The translations under genes were made by a program, and so were the position numbers. The notes below the pieces were generated by a model. That model did no database searches. It had not been told where the DNA came from and saw nothing but the letters and a program-made list of their open reading frames with translations. A stretch of 64,000 nt of DNA from a virus. The stretch lies in IMG/VR virus record IMGVR_UViG_3300050821_008578, positions 1 to 64,000 of that record; one strand, written 5' to 3'. Of the stretch, positions 28,967 through 37,962 are shown piece after piece; the stretch's first letter is position 1; the number at the start of each line of letters is the position of its first letter.

Positions 28967-29527
28967 ATGAAAAAGTTAGTTAATTTTATGATTGCATCAA
29001 TGATTTTATTTAGTCCTATTTTACTACTTGCACAAACACCTGCACCCACAGTTCCACCTGTAGTAAATCAAGTTCAAACTACAGTAGGTGGTGCAACTGT
29101 CACTGCTGATGCATTTTTTGCTAATATTGCTGCTGCTATGCCTGGATTTTCTGCATTAAATACTTGGTTTAAAATTGCTCTAGTTCTACTTCTTTTAGAT
29201 TGTTCATTAAAAGTATCTTTTTTAACTCCATTATGGAATAAACTTGGTACTAAATTTGATAGCTTGGCTCCAGTAGTATTTTCACTGTTGGCAGGTTTAT
29301 GTCTGATGGCAGGAACAAATGGTCTTTCATTGAAAGGCGTTCTATCATATCTTTCAGTAGGTGTTGGTGCATCAGGTTTAGCAGCAATTATAACTGATTT
29401 AAGTGGTTCTATTAAAAATCCAACTGTTTTATCATTTTTAAATTTCCTTAAAGGAATTCTTGGTGGTAATACACCTACCCCACCTGTACCTCCAACTCCT
29501 CCTACTACACCACCTGCAGCTAGCTAA
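28967..29527 (+). CDS. Multi-pass membrane protein (holin-like) with signal-like N-terminus and Pro-rich tail
   Basis: About 3 hydrophobic segments; GGAGG SD; lies after the fibres. Confidence 0.5.
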   Translation: MKKLVNFMIASMILFSPILLLAQTPAPTVPPVVNQVQTTVGGATVTADAFFANIAAAMPGFSALNTWFKIALVLLLLDCSLKVSFLTPLWNKLGTKFDSLAPVVFSLLAGLCLMAGTNGLSLKGVLSYLSVGVGASGLAAIITDLSGSIKNPTVLSFLNFLKGILGGNTPTPPVPPTPPTTPPAAS

Positions 29528-29970
29528 TGTTCATAATAGCTATTGCTACTAAATCAAGCATTAAATTAAGGAGTTCATCAGATCCTGGTGTAACCCCAAT
29601 TCCAATTATTGATCCTACTACTAATGTAATTAATAATATAATTCAAAAATCCATATTTAATGTTGCAATTAATGCTATTTATACTAGTATGTGTATTGCA
29701 TCTCCATGGTTAAAATATCCAATTATCAATTCTATATTTAAATATATATTAGGTTATTTTGGAAATTATCTATATATATTTTTAGCTCAAGATGCTGTAA
29801 TAACTACTATTAATGTTCAAACAGAACAACAACTAGCTGCATATAGTGCAGCTTCATCTGAATTAGCTGTAGCAATTCAAAGTGGTGGTGATACTACTAT
29901 TGCTCAGACTAAATTTCAACAAGCTCTTACTGGAATAGTACAATTTGATGGAATTACCAATATAAAATAG
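29527..29970 (+). CDS. Hypothetical, possibly membrane-associated lysis protein
   Basis: Coupled ORF with amphipathic segment. Confidence 0.45.
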   Translation: MFIIAIATKSSIKLRSSSDPGVTPIPIIDPTTNVINNIIQKSIFNVAINAIYTSMCIASPWLKYPIINSIFKYILGYFGNYLYIFLAQDAVITTINVQTEQQLAAYSAASSELAVAIQSGGDTTIAQTKFQQALTGIVQFDGITNIK

Positions 29971-29982
29971 TTTAGGATAAAA

Positions 29983-30324
29983 ATGAAATTAATGTTATTA
30001 ACTTCTATTCTATTTTTAAGTGGTTGTAATACTATTCAGTATCGTGATTCTGTATGGTGTTCTTCTCCAGACCTTTCTAAAGGTGGAATTTGTGTCCATT
30101 TTCTCACTACAGCAACTGAGAATATGGATTCTAATCAATATATTACATGGTTAGTTGGTTCAGGAGATAAAGAAGGACCAAAGATTTGTACTACTGCATC
30201 TACTTTGGCTGATTGGAAGGGTAATTTAGAAAAAGAATGTTCTGAACATTCTAATTGTAATTTTAATTCTAAAATAATTGATGCTATTGATTCAACATTG
30301 ACATTAACTAATCAAAGTAAATAA
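29983..30324 (+). CDS. Cys-rich lipoprotein (o-spanin-like)
   Basis: Lipobox LSGC after the signal peptide. Confidence 0.6.
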   Translation: MKLMLLTSILFLSGCNTIQYRDSVWCSSPDLSKGGICVHFLTTATENMDSNQYITWLVGSGDKEGPKICTTASTLADWKGNLEKECSEHSNCNFNSKIIDAIDSTLTLTNQSK

Positions 30325-30326
30325 AG

Positions 30327-30605
30327 GTGTTTCTTATGCCAGAAATAGTAACTGAATTACCCGGAGAGGCTATGATAATTGGGATTGCTATTGTAATTAT
30401 ATTGATGTTACTTGCAATGAATATCTTTTTTATTCGAAGATTGGTAACAAAATTAGAAGATGTCCCATTACTATCTCAAAGAGTAGGAGCTATGGAAACT
30501 ACTATTAGGAATTTAACTAATGATTTAAAAGATATAGGTGATTTAAGAGAAAAAGTAGCAGTTTTGAATTATGCTTTAGAAGAACTTAAAAAGAAGAAAG
30601 ATTAA
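30327..30605 (+). CDS. Single-TM coiled-coil protein (holin/i-spanin-like)
   Basis: One TM helix plus coiled coil and basic C-terminus; start may be ATG 30372 (GGAG SD). Confidence 0.5.
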   Translation: MFLMPEIVTELPGEAMIIGIAIVIILMLLAMNIFFIRRLVTKLEDVPLLSQRVGAMETTIRNLTNDLKDIGDLREKVAVLNYALEELKKKKD

Positions 30606-30898
30606 CTCTTTTTCTTTCTTGCTTCATGCCACTGTTCCCATTCAGAAATATTTTTACCATTAATTCTTAAATTATCCTTATATTTTAAGAATGTCTGTTC
30701 TGCTTCTTCAGGTGAAGAGAATCTAAAATTTGATTTTTGATAGAATTCATTAGATCTAGAACTAGACATTGATTCATATTCCCATATTCCATCTTTGGAA
30801 AGATTCATAGAATTATATTTTACCACCCAGCTATTTTCTGCTCTATATTCTACAAAAATACCAAATTTTTCAATTAATTCATATTTAATAATTTTCAT
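30602..30898 (-). CDS. Hypothetical protein
   Basis: WEYESMSSSRSNEF..RF motif typical of a small phage family. Confidence 0.6.
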   Translation of the reverse strand: MKIIKYELIEKFGIFVEYRAENSWVVKYNSMNLSKDGIWEYESMSSSRSNEFYQKSNFRFSSPEEAEQTFLKYKDNLRINGKNISEWEQWHEARKKKS

Positions 30899-31104
30899 AT
30901 AATTTCCTTATATGGTCTTATCTTATTACACTTAGTACACATTTCATCTATTTGATTTAAACCAATATATTTTACCCAATTATGATTACATAATGTATCT
31001 TCACTAAGAATAATTTCATTACAAATATTGTAAGATTTTATTTTTATTTTATTAATTTTAATTGATTCTTCATAAATTCTTTCTTTTAATTCATTATTTG
31101 TCAT
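30895..31104 (-). CDS. Hypothetical protein (CxHxW...CxxC)
   Basis: Coupled ATGA overlap. Confidence 0.55.
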   Translation of the reverse strand: MTNNELKERIYEESIKINKIKIKSYNICNEIILSEDTLCNHNWVKYIGLNQIDEMCTKCNKIRPYKEII

Positions 31105-31367
31105 ATATTATCCTTTTGTGGTAAATATCTTTTTATTTGTGAATACCATATATTTAATGAATTTGGCATTGGTCTATCATTATTAATTTTTTCAATAGTA
31201 TCATTAATAAAAGTATTCATAATATATATTTCTTCATTAGAAATTTTAATTATCAAATCTGGTGGTTCACAAGCATGATTAAAACTATTTATGATACCTT
31301 CTGTACCAATATTATGGTTACCATAAGATTTCTTTAATTTTACTTTATCACCTATTTTAAAATCCAC
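31101..31367 (-). CDS. Hypothetical KOW/SH3-like protein
   Basis: FKIGDKVKL; GGAG SD with GTG start. Confidence 0.55.
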   Translation of the reverse strand: MDFKIGDKVKLKKSYGNHNIGTEGIINSFNHACEPPDLIIKISNEEIYIMNTFINDTIEKINNDRPMPNSLNIWYSQIKRYLPQKDNI

Positions 31368-31387
31368 TTATTTCTCCATTATAAAAA

Positions 31388-31590
31388 ATGTCGTCCACAA
31401 AAGTTATTGCTTTTAAACGACTCTAGCAGATATCTCCACTAGCCTATCCGACTTTAGTATAATCCCCTGTGGCCAACTGTCGGGTAGCTCTCCACAGTTC
31501 GAGTTAATGAAGTTGCAACTTCATTAACTAATCTTTTCACAACTAAAACATCCATGTCTTAGGATTTGATCTCAGTCGTCAGACATCGAT
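31388..31590 (-). ncRNA. Candidate ~200-nt structured non-coding RNA
   Basis: GC/CpG-rich ORF-free gap with several stems including a 13-bp perfect palindrome; downstream of promoter copy 1. Confidence 0.5.
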
Positions 31591-31593
31591 CTA

Positions 31594-31851
31594 TTAAGAT
31601 ACTTTAGTGGTAAAATCAATACATTGTTGATCAATATTAAGAATACAATACCCAAAAACATCAAGAAGTGAATATATTTTAAGAGCTGAAAAATTAAGAT
31701 TAAAGCCTAATACTTTATCTAGATAATAATCTAGAGAATCTAGATTAAGAATATCTAATTTATTATCAACAGTTTCAACAATATAATAAAATCCTTTATC
31801 AGAATTTTTATTTGGAATTGCTTTGATCAAAATTTTACCCTCTTTAACCAT
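31594..31851 (-). CDS. Hypothetical protein, first gene after promoter copy 1
   Basis: AAGGAGG SD. Confidence 0.65.
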   Translation of the reverse strand: MVKEGKILIKAIPNKNSDKGFYYIVETVDNKLDILNLDSLDYYLDKVLGFNLNFSALKIYSLLDVFGYCILNIDQQCIDFTTKVS

Positions 31852-31897
31852 ATGTCCTCCTTAGTTTTAAAATAAAAGCCAATCAGCTTACATTTAA

Positions 31898-31932
31898 CTT
31901 ATCGGAACATTTTTCTAAAACAAAAGGGTTTT
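31898..31932 (-). promoter_or_regulatory. Conserved 35-bp promoter, copy 1 (sigma-28-like)
   Basis: AAAACCCTTTTGTTTTAGAAAAATGTTCCGATAAG on the - strand, upstream of SD and ATG. Confidence 0.75.
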
Positions 31933-31964
31933 ATGAAAAATAAATTTCTTTTTTGAAAAATAGT

Positions 31965-33665
31965 TTAAGATTCACATGAAGTACAATCATCAGCACTATT
32001 AAATCGACTACTACTATCACCTTTCAATACACTAGATGTTCTACAATAGTAAAGACTCTTCACCCCAGTTTTCCAAGCTTCCATGTGCACCTTATGAAAA
32101 TAAGTGGGGTCAACATTAGCTGGAAAGAATAAATTAAGACTTTGAGATTGATCAATCCATTTTTGTCTTTGAGCTGCTTGTCTAACTAGTGCAAATTGAT
32201 TTATTTCAATAGCAGTAAGAAATACTTTTTTCTGGTGTTCATTTAGAAAATCTAATTGTTGAACACTACCTTCATTATTTACAATATCTTTCCATACTTC
32301 ACTATTATCTTTACCTAATTTAATAAGAAGTTTTTTCAATGTTGGATTATAAATAATAAATGTACCTTTAGCTGTTTTCATAGCAAATGCATTTGCAGGA
32401 TTAGGCTCTATTCCTGGACTAACATTTCCTGAAATAACAGAATTAGTTGCTGTAGGAGCAACTGCATTAAGATGAGAATTCCTTCTACCTGAACTCTTAC
32501 ACCATTCTGGTTCACCATATTCTTTAGCTAAATCTTCAGAACTTCTAATTGATTCTTTTTGAATATAAGAAAAAATATCTCTATTTAACATCATTCCTTC
32601 AAATGAATCAAATGGTATATTTAATTCTTGAAGAAGAGTATGCCAACCTAATACACCTAATCCTAATGCCCTACTTTTTTCAGCAAAAGAAACTGCTCTC
32701 TCAAAACCAGCAATATTCTTAGCTTTTTCAATAAATTCACTCATTACTGCATCAAGAAACATAATTGCATAATAAACACAATCTGTGTTTTTCCATTCTT
32801 CCCATCTAACTAAATTAAGACTAGATAGACAACAAACAAAAGTATTATAAATATCTGTATGTAAAACAATTTCACTACAAATATTTGATGTTTTCACAGA
32901 TAAATTATTTTTAATATAACATTCTGGATTTGTTCTATTGACTGTATCAATAAATAATAGATATGGTTCCCCAGTTTCTAATCTAGTTCTACAGATTTCT
33001 GTCCATATTTTTCTACTATATTCATCACCATTTTCTACATCTTGCATAAATTTATCATCAACACAAACACCTTGATGAATATTTAAACATTGCCTATTAA
33101 TATCACCATGAGCTCTTCTAATTGGTAGATATTCTTCTATATCACCATGTCTGACTGGTAACCACAATGCACTAGCACCACGACGAGTTGATCCTTGAGA
33201 TACTGATAATGTAGCAGTATCATAATTCTTAGCCCAAGGAATTATACCTTCACTTTTACCATTTCCTCTAATACCGGTACCTCTACTACGAACATCACCT
33301 AAATAAACTCCTACACCACCACCATTTTTAGACAACATTGCTAATTCATGAACACCTTTAAATATACCATCAACTGAATCTTCAATATGTTCTGAAAAAC
33401 ATGAAATTGGTAATGCTCTATCAGTACCTAAATTAGATGCAACTGGAGTTGCTAAACATAACCAGTTATTCCATATTAAACTAAAAAATTTATCTTCTAA
33501 TTGTGGTTTACGAAGATTTTTTGCGGCTGCCTGAGAAACCCTTTTATACATTCCTTTAGGAGTCTCATTAGGAAGTAGGTAACCTTCTAATAAGGTAGAA
33601 AGGCCTTGCTCCGTTAACCATTCTGGTGCTTCTCCAGACAGTTTTAGCTCTTCTAATTTGCTCAT
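31965..33665 (-). CDS. nrdA: Ribonucleotide reductase class Ia alpha subunit
   Basis: PISCF, SNICSEI, VCCLSS, APTATNS and YYCR motifs; C-terminal CTSCES. Confidence 0.95.
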   Translation of the reverse strand: MSKLEELKLSGEAPEWLTEQGLSTLLEGYLLPNETPKGMYKRVSQAAAKNLRKPQLEDKFFSLIWNNWLCLATPVASNLGTDRALPISCFSEHIEDSVDGIFKGVHELAMLSKNGGGVGVYLGDVRSRGTGIRGNGKSEGIIPWAKNYDTATLSVSQGSTRRGASALWLPVRHGDIEEYLPIRRAHGDINRQCLNIHQGVCVDDKFMQDVENGDEYSRKIWTEICRTRLETGEPYLLFIDTVNRTNPECYIKNNLSVKTSNICSEIVLHTDIYNTFVCCLSSLNLVRWEEWKNTDCVYYAIMFLDAVMSEFIEKAKNIAGFERAVSFAEKSRALGLGVLGWHTLLQELNIPFDSFEGMMLNRDIFSYIQKESIRSSEDLAKEYGEPEWCKSSGRRNSHLNAVAPTATNSVISGNVSPGIEPNPANAFAMKTAKGTFIIYNPTLKKLLIKLGKDNSEVWKDIVNNEGSVQQLDFLNEHQKKVFLTAIEINQFALVRQAAQRQKWIDQSQSLNLFFPANVDPTYFHKVHMEAWKTGVKSLYYCRTSSVLKGDSSSRFNSADDCTSCES

Positions 33666-34636
33666 TTTTTATCCTCATTATACATTGATGACCAATCAAT
33701 ATGTCCTTTAGAATAACCAGTAACTCTCTGAGCAAAAAAGTCCTGATGTTCAACCCCACCTGTTAATACATCAAACCAACTAGTAATTCTTTCTACTGCT
33801 TCTTTATCTAATTTTCTCCAATTAGATGGTAATCCTAAATCACCTAATTTAGTATTAGCTCTATGTCTAATAAATTTTTTCAAATCATTTGCTGATAATC
33901 CATCAATTTCTCCATGTTGAAAACACATATCAATAAAATTATCTTCCAAATCAATAGTATCTCTAGCAGCTTGAATAATTTCTTCTCTTAATTCTTCTGT
34001 ATTAATTTCTGGGTATTCTGAAAGAAATGTACGATATATATAACACCCTGCTTCAGAATGCATTGATTCATCTCTGACTGAAAAAGCGATAATTTGCCCA
34101 ACACCTTTTAGTAAATTTCTTCTACTAAATGACATTAATACAGCAAAACTACTAAAAAGGTTAACACCTTCATTAAATGCTGAAAATATAGCTAAAGACT
34201 TAGCTATATCCATTTTTGATTTACCTTTAATATTTATTAATCTATCTATTTTAGCTTTTGCTTCTGGCTGCTGCAGAAATGCAGCAAAATCATCAAGACC
34301 TAATGATTCATTAAGATATGCATAAGATTTAGCATGAATTGATTCAAATGCTGCAAATGTATGAGCCATCATTTGAATCTCAGGTTTCTTAAACCAGCGA
34401 GAAACTTTTACTGACCAATAATCTTCAATAAATAATTCTGTTTGAGTAAAACTCTTCAATACTCCAGCTACTACTGATTTTTCAGTTTCTGTAAGTTTAC
34501 TTTTCCAATCATTTATATCTGAAGATAATGCAATCTCAGTATGCAACCAATGAGCTTGGTGTTGTTTAAGCCAATATTCGTATGCCTTAGGATATTCAAA
34601 GGGAGAATAAATCTCCCTTTTGTCTAAAAGACCCAA
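33662..34636 (-). CDS. nrdB: Ribonucleotide reductase class Ia beta subunit
   Basis: ESIHAKSY, EGVNLFSSF, RDESMH and DFF..RVTGY; TTG start with GAGG SD. Confidence 0.95.
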   Translation of the reverse strand: MGLLDKREIYSPFEYPKAYEYWLKQHQAHWLHTEIALSSDINDWKSKLTETEKSVVAGVLKSFTQTELFIEDYWSVKVSRWFKKPEIQMMAHTFAAFESIHAKSYAYLNESLGLDDFAAFLQQPEAKAKIDRLINIKGKSKMDIAKSLAIFSAFNEGVNLFSSFAVLMSFSRRNLLKGVGQIIAFSVRDESMHSEAGCYIYRTFLSEYPEINTEELREEIIQAARDTIDLEDNFIDMCFQHGEIDGLSANDLKKFIRHRANTKLGDLGLPSNWRKLDKEAVERITSWFDVLTGGVEHQDFFAQRVTGYSKGHIDWSSMYNEDKK

Positions 34637-34650
34637 TTTTGTACCTCAAA

Positions 34651-34947
34651 TCAATTTAGAATCGAATTAATTTCTGGACAATTTGTATGATCACATACAA
34701 AAACTGATGAATTAAATCCTGGAAGATCTAAAGCAATTAGAAGTTGTAGTTTAGGAAATTTTGTAGTAAAATGACCATATAATTGAGGATCTAAAAATAC
34801 TATATTATTTTTATTATAATAAACTGGTGAAGTAAAATTAAGTAGATCAGAAACATTTTTTAATTGTTCTTGCATATCTCCTTGTACTTCTTCTAATTCA
34901 CGAGTTTCAATATCTAATAATGATTTTGCATTTTCTACTGTATCCAT
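34651..34947 (-). CDS. Hypothetical protein
   Basis: Coupled ORF. Confidence 0.6.
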   Translation of the reverse strand: MDTVENAKSLLDIETRELEEVQGDMQEQLKNVSDLLNFTSPVYYNKNNIVFLDPQLYGHFTTKFPKLQLLIALDLPGFNSSVFVCDHTNCPEINSILN

Positions 34948-36044
34948 TATTTCTCCTTATTCATAACCCAACTTGGTGGGGTAAATTTATTACAAATTAC
35001 AGCACTTGCTAGATCACCACTTAAATGTGGCAATGGTCTATGACTAACTTCTTCTAGTTTTTCATCTATATAACATTGCAATAAATATGCATAATCATAT
35101 AATTGATTATTTTGAGTTGGTACACCATATTGTTTAAAAATTGAATTTACTGTATAATTTAAATTACCATTAATTTGTTCACATAAATGATAATATAATT
35201 CATGAAAAAAGTTTTGCATTTCTACTTGATTATTAATATGACCTAAAGTAATAGGTAATACTTCATTATTAACTGATCTTTGTTTATTCATTTCTTTATT
35301 TTTAACTATTTCTTTACCTTGTTTAGAAGTTTCCTCATATAAATGCAAAGAAATAATATTATTAGAAAAATAACCTAGTGTTAAATTTTTAAATACATCT
35401 GAATCTTGGTTTTTCAATAATGAAAGCACACATTCTTGTAGAAATGTCCACTCAGGAATATTAATTCCTGACATACCAAATAAACAATCATTACTACGAA
35501 CAGTAACCTTCATATTTAATTTGTTATCTCTCACCCAAAAATAAATAAAATTATTGCATGGAATATCTTTACTTTGATCAAGACCATATTTATCTTTAAG
35601 TGCAGTATGTGTATCTTGTTCTGCACTCCAAATATTCATAACTGCTCTACGGGTATTTGGACCATCCTGTTTAAAAATATCTAAAACATTTTGAATTTGA
35701 TTATAGAAATATAATCTGGGGCCATAGGCACCACGCCATGTTTTTCCGTCATCACTATAATTCTTGGCTCTAGGAAGAAGAAAATTCATCAATGGTTCTA
35801 ATTTATTCTCTCCAGCCATAATCCAAAATATTTCACCAATAGTTGCATAAATATTATTAGTTCTTCCTTCTAAATATAAATGCCTGGCTTTAGGATTAGT
35901 AAGAACTACTTCTTGATCGCACAATTCAAAAGTTTCTCCATTTCTTGAATCAACCTTATTACCTTTAGTTAATAATGTTTCACACACATCAAAAGTTAAT
36001 TCATTCAATGAATTACCAGAAATAATATCTTTTTTTAAAATCAT
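34947..36044 (-). CDS. Thymidylate-synthase-family enzyme, probable dUMP hydroxymethylase
   Basis: YSDDG..GAYGPRL, TRRAV, KDIPCN and RSND; Asn at the base-specificity position (GINIPEW); long C-terminal extension. Confidence 0.75.
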   Translation of the reverse strand: MILKKDIISGNSLNELTFDVCETLLTKGNKVDSRNGETFELCDQEVVLTNPKARHLYLEGRTNNIYATIGEIFWIMAGENKLEPLMNFLLPRAKNYSDDGKTWRGAYGPRLYFYNQIQNVLDIFKQDGPNTRRAVMNIWSAEQDTHTALKDKYGLDQSKDIPCNNFIYFWVRDNKLNMKVTVRSNDCLFGMSGINIPEWTFLQECVLSLLKNQDSDVFKNLTLGYFSNNIISLHLYEETSKQGKEIVKNKEMNKQRSVNNEVLPITLGHINNQVEMQNFFHELYYHLCEQINGNLNYTVNSIFKQYGVPTQNNQLYDYAYLLQCYIDEKLEEVSHRPLPHLSGDLASAVICNKFTPPSWVMNKEK

Positions 36045-36658
36045 TAAACACCTTTTTCTATTAGTTCAAGAATAGCTTTAGTAATTACTTCTTTTGATTG
36101 ATCTCCAACTGGAAGATAATAAATACTCTCTTCTGGAGTAAATACAAAATCATTACCAGTTGATAAATAATCAAAAAATGAAAAATAGTGAGCCTTCAAT
36201 TCTTTCCATTTAAATGTTTTTTCAAATTCATCTGTTGGGTCATTAATATATTTAATATCTTTATCTAAGAAAATAATAATAATATCAAAATTATCTTTAA
36301 TAACTTTTGAATAAGTTTCTTTATGAATTTTAAATAGTAAATTATTTTGATCATCTGTTAATGATGATGTTTTACCATAAACATAAGTAGAAATATGACA
36401 CCTATCCATAACAATATCTCTATCAGAATCAAATTCAGTAAATATATCTACAATATGAGATACAGTATGTAATAATTGTCTAGAAAATGGGTCATATGAT
36501 GGATTATTTTTAACTTCATCTCTCAAAAACCCAACTGAATTAGTAGGACTGGGTTGAATGATTAATTTAGCATTAAAATGATTGGCTAGAATTTTTGTTT
36601 GTACAGATTTTCCTACACTATCCGGTCCTTCTAGAACAATTAATTTACGTTTTGCCAT
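36044..36658 (-). CDS. dNMP (thymidylate-type) kinase
   Basis: LEGPDSVGKS P-loop; MDRCHISTYVYG. Confidence 0.85.
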   Translation of the reverse strand: MAKRKLIVLEGPDSVGKSVQTKILANHFNAKLIIQPSPTNSVGFLRDEVKNNPSYDPFSRQLLHTVSHIVDIFTEFDSDRDIVMDRCHISTYVYGKTSSLTDDQNNLLFKIHKETYSKVIKDNFDIIIIFLDKDIKYINDPTDEFEKTFKWKELKAHYFSFFDYLSTGNDFVFTPEESIYYLPVGDQSKEVITKAILELIEKGV

Positions 36659-36740
36659 TTATTCTCTCTAATTATTTTATTAATAATATTGGTGGTGTTA
36701 TTTTTATTTAAAATAACGTTAATTATATAATTTAGATATC

Positions 36741-37070
36741 TTATTTTGGAAGGATAAGTCCTGATGGTGCTTTAATAATTCCACTTTTTACAGCTTTATA
36801 ATCTTGAACCATATCTTTATAACCATTAGCTAACATTGGTGTTATTTGTAATTCACAAAGAATAGCATTTCTATTTATATCAATAAAATTTTGTTGTTGT
36901 GATAATATATTAAATGGTATAAAAGTTAATGTTGGCCTTCCACCAGGATGTGTTGGTGGTTGTACTTGAGGTATCATTGGCACAATCCAAGCAATTTTAT
37001 CATCTTGTACCATTTCTTCAGTAATTATATCAATTCCAGACACTAATTTATAATGTTTTATATTATCCAT
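36741..37070 (-). CDS. Conserved phage protein, Sm-like
   Basis: KLVSGIDII ... SGII..P pattern; start at MDNIK. Confidence 0.5.
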   Translation of the reverse strand: MDNIKHYKLVSGIDIITEEMVQDDKIAWIVPMIPQVQPPTHPGGRPTLTFIPFNILSQQQNFIDINRNAILCELQITPMLANGYKDMVQDYKAVKSGIIKAPSGLILPK

Positions 37071-37962
37071 AAAAATACCGGTTCTTTCCTTTTCCATTTG
37101 ATAAGTTATAATGTTTTCGAAATTCACACAAACATGACTGAATATCCATAAATGATAGATAATCAGAATTAAAATAAGAATTTTTATAATTTATTTCCAA
37201 CCAATTTTTGTTTTCTTGTTCTTCTAAATGTTCAAATATTTCTGATTGAATAGAAGCTAAATATTTAATTAAATCTTCTGCATTATTTTTATTAACAATA
37301 TCTTTAAAAATAATCTCTAAACCAGCATAAGCACCTGGTCCGCAAGTAACCCAATCATTATTTCCAAATTTAGAAATTTTAGCATATCCTAAATCTAACA
37401 TTATTTGCCCAGCAATAAATGGACCAACTAATGGAATTTCTCTAAGTTTTAATATTTGTTCTTCTGGTGTTTGTTTTGATTTAAAATCTTCTAAAAATAG
37501 ATGGACTCTTTCAGCCAACCAATCCAACATATATAGAACTTGAACATGTTTTCTATTACTTAGTTCTTTATTCCATATTGCTGGAAGAATAAGATATGCA
37601 TCATTCCAGATAGATGGTTTTACTTTAGATTTTTCGTCTAATTCTTTAACTAAAGATTCAACATTAAAATTATGCGGTATTAGTATATAATTAAATACTC
37701 TTCCATCAAATGTTTGATCTAAATTAAAGAATCTATAAGCCACTATATTAAGAAATTTGATAGTATCATTAAGATCAGTATTAATTATTTTTTTAATTAT
37801 ATATTTTGAACCTCTATCTAATTCTCTATATACATTACAAGATTTAAATTTTTGAAATATAGGATCAGTGGTCCAAGGTTTTGGTTCTTTAAGAACTTCT
37901 TTTTTATGATAAATCAAATGTCTATCATAGATAAATTCAAAAAAAGATAATTTATCAATCAT
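37063..37962 (-). CDS. 5hmdU DNA kinase helical domain protein (aGPT-Pplase1 family)
   Basis: PWTTDPIF..KSCNVYRELDRGS, YRFFN, GPFIAGQI..DL, GPGA..GL and DIQSCLCEFRK. Confidence 0.85.
   Translation of the reverse strand: MIDKLSFFEFIYDRHLIYHKKEVLKEPKPWTTDPIFQKFKSCNVYRELDRGSKYIIKKIINTDLNDTIKFLNIVAYRFFNLDQTFDGRVFNYILIPHNFNVESLVKELDEKSKVKPSIWNDAYLILPAIWNKELSNRKHVQVLYMLDWLAERVHLFLEDFKSKQTPEEQILKLREIPLVGPFIAGQIMLDLGYAKISKFGNNDWVTCGPGAYAGLEIIFKDIVNKNNAEDLIKYLASIQSEIFEHLEEQENKNWLEINYKNSYFNSDYLSFMDIQSCLCEFRKHYNLSNGKGKNRYFYG

Noticed and set aside
30602-30605. Terminator at the convergence of the two arms
   Set aside because: The stop codons overlap (TTAA) and no hairpin is evident
31530-31585. Hammerhead ribozyme (CTGACGA...GAAA on the - strand)
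   Set aside because: ACGA pairs with TTGT as part of the stem, and GAAA does not directly follow stem II; core geometry does not fit
31965-34636. Introns or inteins in nrdA/nrdB
   Set aside because: Both ORFs are continuous and of normal compact length
34947-36044. dCMP hydroxymethylase (T4 gp42-type)
   Set aside because: Specificity residue is Asn rather than Asp, and neighbours are hmdU-pathway genes
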